Shown here: piece after piece, positions 8,343 to 14,917 of the stretch
Numbering within the stretch: position 1 is the stretch's first letter
Layout: each line of letters opens with the position of its first letter
Virus record (IMG/VR): IMGVR_UViG_3300027374_000252
Reading direction: 5' to 3' (one strand)
DNA: 20,000 nt
Origin: an uncultured virus (IMG/VR IMGVR_UViG_3300027374_000252)
Lineage: Duplodnaviria > Heunggongvirae > Uroviricota > Caudoviricetes
The notes under the pieces: generated by a model
What the model was told of the DNA's origin: nothing
The model's database searches: none
What the model saw: the letters and a program-made list of their open reading frames with translations, nothing else
Made by a program: the position numbers and the translations under genes

Positions 8343-9559
8343 TACTGTGCCTTTACGTCATCGACATATACCACGCTTCCATCACTGATGAACTCGCCGT
8401 CTTTATTGGCAACTTTCTCACAGAAGGAGATTTGCTTCTTGAATATCTTGGCAAGTTCCTCATCGGTCATACGGCTGCCCTCCTTTGCCCACCACATCAT
8501 AAGCACCTGCATATATCCGTTGGGGTTGAGTATGCGGATTTTCTTAGTGACTTTGGCTTTGGGCTGATAGGCCGGGGCGGTTGCCTGTGCGAGGTCGAAC
8601 AGCGAGGCAGCTTCGGCACCTGCTTTCTGCACTTCCTTTTTCTTGGCTTCCTCCTGCTCACGTGCGATGCGTTCAGCCTCTTTTCGGGCAAGTTCAGCCG
8701 CTTCACGTTTCTTAATTTCCTCAGCAATGCGCTTGGATTCTTCTTCAGATGCTTTGGCGGCACGTTCCAACTCAGCTTTCTTTGACGGCAGCTTGTCAAG
8801 TATTTCCTGACGGTAATCGCCTATTTCAAACTTGTATTGCTCAGCAAACTGAACGATGAGTCGGCGCATCACATCTCCACGGATGTTGCGTGACTCGTCC
8901 GGTGTGAGATTGAAAGGCATACGCACTGACGAGGGAGGACACCAATCAGCAGGAAGTTCTACGGCATATCCGGCGACAGTATCATACACTGCCTTGTAGT
9001 TGTCGAGATTAACGCTGGTGTTGAGGTCGGTCAGTTCGTTGATACGAGCCACAACAAGGTCATTGAACTTCTGCCTGTAATCATCCTCACAAGCATTGCG
9101 ATACTGTTCACGTGCCATATCTGCCTGACGTTTTGCTTCTTCAGCTCTACGCTTTGCTTCTTCCTCCTCTCGCTTCTTGGCTGCATACATATTGCGGAAC
9201 TGCTGGAGCTGATAAGGGATTGTCCCGGCTTTTGTGGGGTCTATGTCGTTTTCAAGCGCTGTAAACTCTTTACGCACTTGGTCAAACAGCTTGGTCACCG
9301 GCGAGCGTAGTTCGGTCATGGCTTTAACAGTGCGTCGAGTGCGTTCCAAGTAGGTTGCAGCGGTCTTGTCAAGTTCATCTGTCATTCCTTTTTCCTTGAT
9401 TTGCACAAGGAGGTTCTCACATGCTCTTAAGCAATTGTCATGTGAAAGCTGGTTTTTACGAAATGACTCCGGGGTGTTACGGACAATTGCGTCTACGTTG
9501 TCGGCAGATGCGGCTATTGCCAATGCCGTTGTTGTCGGTTGAATGACTTCATTACTCAT
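8342..9559 (-). CDS. Coiled-coil phage protein, 405 aa, recombination-module associated
   Basis: Long E/K/A/R-rich helical segments; directly downstream of recT. Confidence 0.82.
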   Translation of the reverse strand: MSNEVIQPTTTALAIAASADNVDAIVRNTPESFRKNQLSHDNCLRACENLLVQIKEKGMTDELDKTAATYLERTRRTVKAMTELRSPVTKLFDQVRKEFTALENDIDPTKAGTIPYQLQQFRNMYAAKKREEEEAKRRAEEAKRQADMAREQYRNACEDDYRQKFNDLVVARINELTDLNTSVNLDNYKAVYDTVAGYAVELPADWCPPSSVRMPFNLTPDESRNIRGDVMRRLIVQFAEQYKFEIGDYRQEILDKLPSKKAELERAAKASEEESKRIAEEIKKREAAELARKEAERIAREQEEAKKKEVQKAGAEAASLFDLAQATAPAYQPKAKVTKKIRILNPNGYMQVLMMWWAKEGSRMTDEELAKIFKKQISFCEKVANKDGEFISDGSVVYVDDVKAQ

Positions 9560-9579
9560 GATTGAAATATTTTAAGGTT

Positions 9580-10542
9580 TTACCATGTTCCATCATCTGA
9601 TGATGCGTCCTCTGCGGCTGGGTCAACGGTGACACCCTCGGAGTGGTCGGCAGGGGCGGAGAATGAGTCCGGCTCTTTAGGAGCTTGTGGAGTCTTGCCC
9701 ATGTTGTAATAGTCGGGCATCTGTTCTTCTTCGGGAAGGTCTGCCTCCATGACCATGCCCTTGCCGATAGGGAGTTTCGGGTAGTTCTTGAATGCGTGTT
9801 TTACACACTTGGCGATGAGGAAGCCGGGGTCAATAGTCCCATTCAGACCGGAGGTGTAGAGGTCATTAGCTTTGGCATTCTCCTTGTCTCTCCTACCTCG
9901 CTCATTCTGCTTTAGCGAGTAGTTGGCAAGACGTTGCCATGCTTCGGAGAGAATGATGGCATAATCGGTAGTACCGTCAAGACGTGTAATTTTCATGAAG
10001 CAAGCCATTGGATTGCCGGGATTATGCTTGATGTTGAGGCCATAGGTCACTTCCTTACGACCGTTGCGCTCAATGTAGCTGAACTCGTCACCCTCATATA
10101 CCACTGTAGGCGTGTCGCAATGACGGATTTGTCCGGCACGTTGGCGCAGGAGTATTTCACCGTAACCGGTGACGGAAATGTATGCACGGTTCTCCCACGC
10201 TTCGACAATTTTGCCATTTCCATCACCCTGTGATACTTTCGTGCTTCTGTTGAGGAGGTAGCACATTGCCTGTGCGCCCGGTTCAAGGGTGAGGTCTTTG
10301 ACGGCAAGGTCAACGTATGCGAGGAACACGGAGATAGGAGTGACATTCCACTTGTTCTTGTCATCGATGATGAGGCGGTTGATGAAACGTGACTCCCTTT
10401 CGGCGAATGCCTCACCGCCCTCTCCATGCACTTGGTTGTAGAGGGAGACGATGTGTTGATGCACATAGGAGTTCACGGGAACTTCCCACGGCTTCAGCGA
10501 CTGAAGTTTGCTGACTGTATCAGCGAATTTGTTTGTACTCAT
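9580..10542 (-). CDS. recT: RecT-family ssDNA annealing recombinase
   Basis: LTLEP..AMCYL, ISVTGYGE, VVYEGDEF, KCVKHAFKNYPK and acidic disordered tail. Confidence 0.85.
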   Translation of the reverse strand: MSTNKFADTVSKLQSLKPWEVPVNSYVHQHIVSLYNQVHGEGGEAFAERESRFINRLIIDDKNKWNVTPISVFLAYVDLAVKDLTLEPGAQAMCYLLNRSTKVSQGDGNGKIVEAWENRAYISVTGYGEILLRQRAGQIRHCDTPTVVYEGDEFSYIERNGRKEVTYGLNIKHNPGNPMACFMKITRLDGTTDYAIILSEAWQRLANYSLKQNERGRRDKENAKANDLYTSGLNGTIDPGFLIAKCVKHAFKNYPKLPIGKGMVMEADLPEEEQMPDYYNMGKTPQAPKEPDSFSAPADHSEGVTVDPAAEDASSDDGTW

Positions 10543-10596
10543 GACTGAGAGATTTAAATTATTAATAACTTGTTGACAACCTCCGGCTCGACTGAT

Positions 10597-10631
10597 AAAA
10601 GGGCGGCACTGCCAAGCGGCAAATGCCGCCC
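10597..10631 (-). terminator. Probable intrinsic terminator upstream of recT
   Basis: Minus strand GGGCGGCA-TTTGCC-GCTT-GGCAG-TGCCGCCC followed by TTTTAT. Confidence 0.7.
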
Positions 10632-10666
10632 ATCAATCAATCATGAGCAGGACGGATGTCCTGTTG

Positions 10667-10789
10667 TGGGAAGTGACGGACTCGAACCGTCAATCGACAG
10701 CATGGGGATGCTGTGTCGTGGCGCTTTGGTGGAAGGAGCGGTGGCCGGCGCTTGGACTCTGCGGATTCCGTTATCGCAGACTTCTTCCC
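10667..10789 (-). ncRNA. tRNA-like element B (123 nt; acceptor stem and T-arm, non-canonical interior)
   Basis: 5' GGGAAG pairs with 3' CTTCCC-A; perfect T-arm GACGG-TTCGAGT-CCGTC; internal hairpins TCTGCG/CGCAGA and CGAC-AC-AGCAT/ATGCTGTCG. Confidence 0.6.
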
Positions 10790-11003
10790 GTAGTGCCCCG
10801 GATGGTTTGGCTGCCGGGGCGATGATTTTAGGGAAAGCTCTTTGTCCGGAGCTTTGGTTTTTCGCTGTCATCGGGCGAGGGGGGCATCGCTGCTGACCCT
10901 GTTTTGCTCCGTAATTGATGGAGCGTTAATGAAGCCTAATGAATTGGAGTTTTTGCCTCTCTTGGCATGGTGTCCTCGCGGATTGGCCTTTGGTGATGTT
11001 GTG

Positions 11004-11090
11004 TGGTCCGGAGGGGATTTGAACCGCTGTCTTGTGCGTGGGGTGTCAGGGTGGGGGTGACGCACTGCTCTTCCGCTGAGCTACCGGACC
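11004..11090 (-). ncRNA. tRNA-like element A / pseudo-tRNA (87 nt) with 22-nt C-rich anticodon loop
   Basis: GGTCCGG TA GCTC-AGCGGAA-GAGC A GTGCG-[22 nt]-CGCAC AAGAC AGCGG-TTCAAAT-CCCCT CCGGACC A. Confidence 0.8.
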
Positions 11091-11162
11091 GTGTGAGCCG
11101 CCATGCGCTTCACAGCGTTGCGTGCTCGGTTGATTCACATTGAATTCATGTACCTATTGAGG

Positions 11163-11420
11163 TCAGATTGATTGTTGGTAATGTTGCTGTGATTCAAGTT
11201 GCGAGTGCAATTGGTGATGTATGTGTCGGAGTGGTTGGGGCTGCTCTTCTTTGTGGCGTTTTTGTGGCCGGTGGTTTGGACGCCGGAATGCGGTAGTGTA
11301 TGCGGCGGCGAGTAGTAGGAGGCCGAGGAGGTTCCAGAGGGGTGATATGTGGGGATTTTCGTTGAATGCGAGCGAAACTCCGATTATGACTGCTATGGCT
11401 GTGAGGATGTGTTTAATCAT
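11163..11420 (-). CDS. Small membrane protein, 85 aa, two hydrophobic segments and His/Gln-rich tail
   Basis: MIKHILTAIAVIIGVSLAF...LWNLLGLLLLAAAY; start reassigned to 11420. Confidence 0.6.
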   Translation of the reverse strand: MIKHILTAIAVIIGVSLAFNENPHISPLWNLLGLLLLAAAYTTAFRRPNHRPQKRHKEEQPQPLRHIHHQLHSQLESQQHYQQSI

Positions 11421-11455
11421 TGTGGACTGTGTGGGGGTTGTGGGTTGGGTGGATG

Positions 11456-11620
11456 TCAGAGGGTTTCTTGAACGTGGTCGTAGAGTAGCCGGCGGATTTC
11501 GGTGAGCTTTGCGCGGGCTTCGGTGGTGTCGGCGATTGCGATGAGCACGTCGATGTCGCGGTAGTCCCAACGGCTGAAGGTGTCGGCTTTTTCGATGAGT
11601 TTGCGGTCGAAGTCGGTCAT
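11456..11620 (-). CDS. Small hypothetical phage protein, 54 aa (MTDFDRKLIEKADTFSRWDYRDIDVLIAIADT...)
   Basis: Manual translation; A-rich leader and C-ending codon bias; not in the ORF track. Confidence 0.72.
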   Translation of the reverse strand: MTDFDRKLIEKADTFSRWDYRDIDVLIAIADTTEARAKLTEIRRLLYDHVQETL

Positions 11621-11699
11621 ATGATTGATTGTTTAGATTTTGTTCGGTGCTCCCCCGGCCACATCGAAGTGACGCTCTGTGCTTGTCGGGGGATTTTTG

Positions 11700-11707
11700 T
11701 AGATTTG
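11700..11707 (+). promoter_or_regulatory. Bacteroidetes -7 promoter box for the plus-strand ORF at 11735
   Basis: TAGATTTG matches TAnnTTTG, 27 bp before the ATG; no clear -33 box. Confidence 0.55.
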
Positions 11708-11734
11708 CGGCGACCAAACCAAAAATTTACAAAT

Positions 11735-11980
11735 ATGATTAATCAGTTCAATCTTGATGATTTGGCTTCCAAGCTATCGAAATTACCTTGTCCGGAGTGT
11801 AGAGAAACACATTCTGTCAGATTGAAATTGGCCCATTCCTCCTCGATGGATCGTCCTGTAGTAAGTATAGGCTTCCCCGACCAAGATACATGCAACGGCT
11901 TCAAACAGAAGGCCACGGCCTTTGCCAACCGTTTCATACAATCCATGAACCTCGGGCCGTTCCCGTTTGACCGGATATAA
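11735..11980 (+). CDS. Small putative Zn-binding protein, 81 aa, antisense to the early operon
   Basis: MINQFNLDDL...CPECRETH...TC; own -7 box and A-rich leader; start reassigned to 11735. Confidence 0.68.
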   Translation: MINQFNLDDLASKLSKLPCPECRETHSVRLKLAHSSSMDRPVVSIGFPDQDTCNGFKQKATAFANRFIQSMNLGPFPFDRI

Positions 11981-12108
11981 AGCATAGCGAATCTTAACCG
12001 TTCTTTTGCTGTAGGCTTTGGCACTGGTTGGTTCCCTGCCCATGTCAAGGTCAGGGAGGTTGTGTCCAAAAGCCAGAAGCCGTAATGGGGCTGTATGTTT
12101 CTTTCCAT
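11743..12108 (-). CDS. Possible hypothetical protein; only the N-terminal part is likely genuine
   Basis: Operon-oriented ATG at 12108, but two thirds overlaps the plus-strand ORF. Confidence 0.3.
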   Translation of the reverse strand: MERNIQPHYGFWLLDTTSLTLTWAGNQPVPKPTAKERLRFAMLYIRSNGNGPRFMDCMKRLAKAVAFCLKPLHVSWSGKPILTTGRSIEEEWANFNLTECVSLHSGQGNFDSLEAKSSRLN

Positions 12109-12183
12109 GACTGTAGTCTTTAAGAGTTGGCTTTTCTTGCTTCGCTGATTGATAACACGTTCGCTTTCCTCATGATGATTTGA

Positions 12184-12462
12184 TTAGATTCTACTTATTG
12201 CTATGTGGGTGGCTGCCCGGGAGGTGATTTCGGCATTGGTGGGAACTCGCTGTCCAAGCCTCCAGGCTTCTATCTCGGATTTGCGGAAGGATATTTGTCC
12301 TTTGTCGTTTTTGTAGTGGGGAATGTCACGGTCTGCAACCATGTGACGCACTCTGCTTTCTGACTTCTTTATCAGAATGGCGACTTCTTTCACGTTGAGG
12401 ACTTCTGTGATACTCATTGAGATGAGTGCTTCGATGCGTTCAAGGCGTTGCTCGATGCTCAT
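12184..12462 (-). CDS. Excisionase-like / MerR-type HTH DNA-binding protein
   Basis: VLNVKEVAILIKKSESRVRHMV..RDIPHYK...ISFRKSEIEAW. Confidence 0.88.
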   Translation of the reverse strand: MSIEQRLERIEALISMSITEVLNVKEVAILIKKSESRVRHMVADRDIPHYKNDKGQISFRKSEIEAWRLGQRVPTNAEITSRAATHIAISRI

Positions 12463-12487
12463 GACTTTTGGGTTTTAGGGGGGGAGG

Positions 12488-12754
12488 TTATGCAATGCGG
12501 GTGACGGTTATGGTTGTTGCTTTGTGGGTGGTTGGCGGTTGTTTGGGTGGGAATAGTTCTTGTGGTGTGGTGTTGAAGTGGCGTGCAAGTACTTCCTTGG
12601 TGAGTGCGTCGGGCTCCGTTTCTCCTGAGAGCCATCGGCGGACTGCAAGTTCTGTCTTGCGTGTGACACTTGCTACTTCCCGTATGAATGCAGTGGCTGG
12701 TGCTATCGGGCGTTGCTGATTTTTAGCATGTTGATACTTTTCTAAAAGTGTCAT
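12488..12754 (-). CDS. Cro-like XRE HTH transcriptional regulator
   Basis: EVASVTRKTELAVRRWLSGETEPD...LARHFNTTPQELFP; divergent from the CI-like gene. Confidence 0.85.
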   Translation of the reverse strand: MTLLEKYQHAKNQQRPIAPATAFIREVASVTRKTELAVRRWLSGETEPDALTKEVLARHFNTTPQELFPPKQPPTTHKATTITVTRIA

Positions 12755-12762
12755 GTTTTTTA

Positions 12763-12794
12763 TTTGTATTTATTATGATTGTTGACTATCTTTG
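12763..12794 (+). promoter_or_regulatory. Promoter for the repressor (lysogenic) operon
   Basis: TTTG (12763-12766), N20, TATCTTTG (12787-12794): full Bacteroidetes consensus. Confidence 0.75.
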
Positions 12795-12818
12795 CGATAG
12801 CAGTGAGCTATCATGACG

Positions 12819-12849
12819 CAAAGGTAAGAGAATGTTCTGAAAAATCAAA
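12819..12849 (-). promoter_or_regulatory. Promoter for the early lytic operon
   Basis: Minus strand TTTG (12849-12846), N19, TACCTTTG (12826-12819). Confidence 0.78.
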
Positions 12850-12872
12850 GCAATGTTCTGAAAAATCAAAGC
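12831..12872. repeat. Perfect 21-bp tandem duplication, candidate operators
   Basis: AATGTTCTGAAAAATCAAAGC twice, overlapping the -33 box of the lytic promoter. Confidence 0.85.
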
Positions 12873-12898
12873 AATTAACTTATTTTAACCGACACCAC

Positions 12899-13606
12899 AT
12901 GCCAGAAAGTATAAAAGAGCGAACAATAGAGTTTGTGAAATACAAGGGCTTTTCGATGAAGACCTTTGAACAGCGGTGTAATCTGTCGACAGGATATGTT
13001 ACTTCAATGAGGAAGGGCTTTGGTCCTGAGAAGTTGAACAATGTTCTGATGGCGTTCCCGGAATTGAATAGAGATTGGCTTCTGTATGGCGAGGGCGAAA
13101 TGCTGAAAGAAACAATTGGCAACGGCACATCGAGCAGTGCGATTGTATCGGACAAGTCTTTCAGAACATATTTCAAGGAGGAGAATGTGAGGATGGTGCC
13201 ATTGCTGAACATTGACAGCGTTGGCGGCATGCATTCTTCAAATGAAGTCGGGGAGTATGAGCCGGAATTTATATTGGACATGCTGCCATTCAAGGGCGCG
13301 ATTCAAGGCGACGTGGCTATTAAGGAGACGGGCGATTCGATGTCTCCGCGTATTCCATCGGGTGCAATCATGCTGCTGCGGCGTGTTATGGAATGGCAGG
13401 AGTATTTCGGCTACGGGCATGTATTCGTGTTGGTTCTGACTGATGGACGACGTATAACAAAGCGTGTCACAAAGTGTATTGAGAATCCACGAGAGTATGT
13501 GCTCTGCGAGTCAATCAATCCGGCCTATCCCTCGGAGGAGCTGCCGAAGAAGATGATTTATTCGGTGTGGAAAGTGATAGATGTTCTTGTACATGAAGGA
13601 TATTGA
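12899..13606 (+). CDS. CI-like phage repressor (HTH plus S24 peptidase)
   Basis: N-terminal HTH ending PELNRDWLLYGEGEM; catalytic Ser in GDSMSP and Lys in ITKR; start reassigned to MPESIKER at 12899. Confidence 0.92.
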   Translation: MPESIKERTIEFVKYKGFSMKTFEQRCNLSTGYVTSMRKGFGPEKLNNVLMAFPELNRDWLLYGEGEMLKETIGNGTSSSAIVSDKSFRTYFKEENVRMVPLLNIDSVGGMHSSNEVGEYEPEFILDMLPFKGAIQGDVAIKETGDSMSPRIPSGAIMLLRRVMEWQEYFGYGHVFVLVLTDGRRITKRVTKCIENPREYVLCESINPAYPSEELPKKMIYSVWKVIDVLVHEGY

Positions 13607-13616
13607 TTTATTGTGT

Positions 13617-13754
13617 ATGCGACGTATATTTGTTTTGCTTTTCGTACTGATGACGTGTGGATTTATCTTTGCGAAATCTTCAATCAATGAGAAAAAAAGC
13701 ATGCTGATCGAAGCGCAGGAAAAAATCATTAAACTGATGGAGGAAAGGAAATGA
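13617..13754 (+). CDS. Small protein, 45 aa, with signal-peptide-like N-terminus
   Basis: MRRIFVLLFVLMTCGFIFAKSSINEKKSMLIEAQEKIIKLMEERK; ATGA-coupled to the next gene; manual translation. Confidence 0.55.
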   Translation: MRRIFVLLFVLMTCGFIFAKSSINEKKSMLIEAQEKIIKLMEERK

Positions 13755-14272
13755 CTACATCAATACTTTGGGGAATCGGTGCTATATTAGTTGGCGCAGT
13801 GATATTTTGGGTTTACGAATCAATCAAAGCCACAAAAGATCCAAATGTACAGGCAGCATCAAAATTACGGATTTCAATTTCAACCTATAACCGATTGAAA
13901 TCCCTCTTTGATGCCAAACTTCAAGACCCATTTGAAGATGCCATATCTACCAAAACATTCATAGAACTGACATCTGGACATACAAAACAATGGAAACAGA
14001 TTTGCGAAAACTACGCTAAAGATTATGTGCCCTTTTATTCCAATAGCAAAGAAATATTTGTAAGGATGGAGGATGATAACAAGCTCATTCGTGGTACGAT
14101 TACAAACAATAAATTATACTCTATCGATTGGTGGCACTATAAAGTTAAATTTGACGAATCGATATCAATTAACAACTGCTATCCATCACAAGAGATTCTT
14201 CTATCAAACCGGCAAATTCGAGATATTGAAATGGAGATATTGCTGGGTAGTTACTGCCACTATCATTTTTAA
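13751..14272 (+). CDS. Membrane-anchored hypothetical protein, 173 aa, AT-rich accessory gene
   Basis: N-terminal hydrophobic helix ILWGIGAILVGAVIFWVY; in the repressor operon. Confidence 0.8.
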   Translation: MTTSILWGIGAILVGAVIFWVYESIKATKDPNVQAASKLRISISTYNRLKSLFDAKLQDPFEDAISTKTFIELTSGHTKQWKQICENYAKDYVPFYSNSKEIFVRMEDDNKLIRGTITNNKLYSIDWWHYKVKFDESISINNCYPSQEILLSNRQIRDIEMEILLGSYCHYHF

Positions 14273-14286
14273 CAATATATTTCCCC

Positions 14287-14538
14287 ATGGAACTAAAAGA
14301 CCTCTTGAATGAGAACGAAGACAAACTATTTGAGGAGTTTGTTTCAATTCCCACAATCAGCCATGCGTTTGACAGACGCAGATTCGTTAAATATGCGATT
14401 GTATCCAATGCTAACCGCACAGGATTTAACCGGGAGCGAATCCGTGTCCTACGTCAAAAAGGATTTCGTGAACGGGAGATAGAAGAAATGGCAAGAGTCT
14501 ATGAATGGATCGACGATGTTTTAGAAGTCTTGAAATAG
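14287..14538 (+). CDS. Hypothetical protein, 83 aa
   Basis: Co-oriented ORF 14 bp after the previous stop. Confidence 0.7.
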   Translation: MELKDLLNENEDKLFEEFVSIPTISHAFDRRRFVKYAIVSNANRTGFNRERIRVLRQKGFREREIEEMARVYEWIDDVLEVLK

Positions 14539-14717
14539 GCTTCGAGCATAACTGACCTTGCGCGCTCGGCTTCATCCCTTGTCCTAAAGAGAAGTCCTTC
14601 TGCAAGCAGCTCCTCACAGCATTTTGTGGCTACTCCGTGCGGACAATCCGACAACCGTTCCGCATGAAGGTCAAGGTCTCTCAGATAGTAGAAATCTTTG
14701 TATTTTTCGGGTATTAT
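14499..14717 (-). pseudogene. Phage-like small ORF lacking an ATG (ATA start or start-codon loss)
   Basis: IIPEKYKDFYYLRDLDLHAERLSDCPHGVATKCCEELLAEGLLFRTRDEAERARSVMLEAYF...; TATCTTTG box upstream at 14756-14749. Confidence 0.45.
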
Positions 14718-14917
14718 AACTCTCTTGGTAATGAAAAAAATTGTCCGACAAAGATACTACTAGAAACTCATGAACGGACTTATATCTTTAACCTTTCACA
14801 CCTCTCCCCTCCACCTTTTTCTCAAATTGTGGTACTATTATGTCACCCGTTATGCTTTAGGACTACTATAACAAACAATAATTCAAATAATTACAAACTT
14901 TAACTTACTTTTTTGAG

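Larger units (their letters stand above)
1..14760. mobile_element. Temperate prophage, early/replication/recombination and immunity modules (continues beyond left edge; right boundary approximate)
   Basis: Divergent CI/Cro switch, xis-like HTH, RecT, nuclease, SNF2 helicase, DUF4373, DUF1064 and orphan C5 MTase in a tightly packed co-oriented operon; host-type genes start at 14918. Confidence 0.92.

Noticed and set aside
10570..11065. Short ORFs of 60-108 aa on both strands in the structured region
   Set aside because: Low-complexity, mutually overlapping translations without A-rich leaders; RNA structure explains the region better
11004..11090. Functional decoding tRNA or intron-containing tRNA
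   Set aside because: The 22-nt loop has no definable anticodon and is far too short for a group I intron; no clear bulge-helix-bulge
12779..12898. N-terminal extension of the repressor given by the ORF track (similar extensions at 2883-2969, 4034-4183, 11421-11717 and 11621-11734)
   Set aside because: The extensions run through promoters, repeats or neighbouring genes; downstream ATGs match the expected protein starts
1..14760. Stop-codon reassignment in the phage
   Set aside because: Genes are intact and tightly packed under the standard bacterial code, and no suppressor tRNA is present
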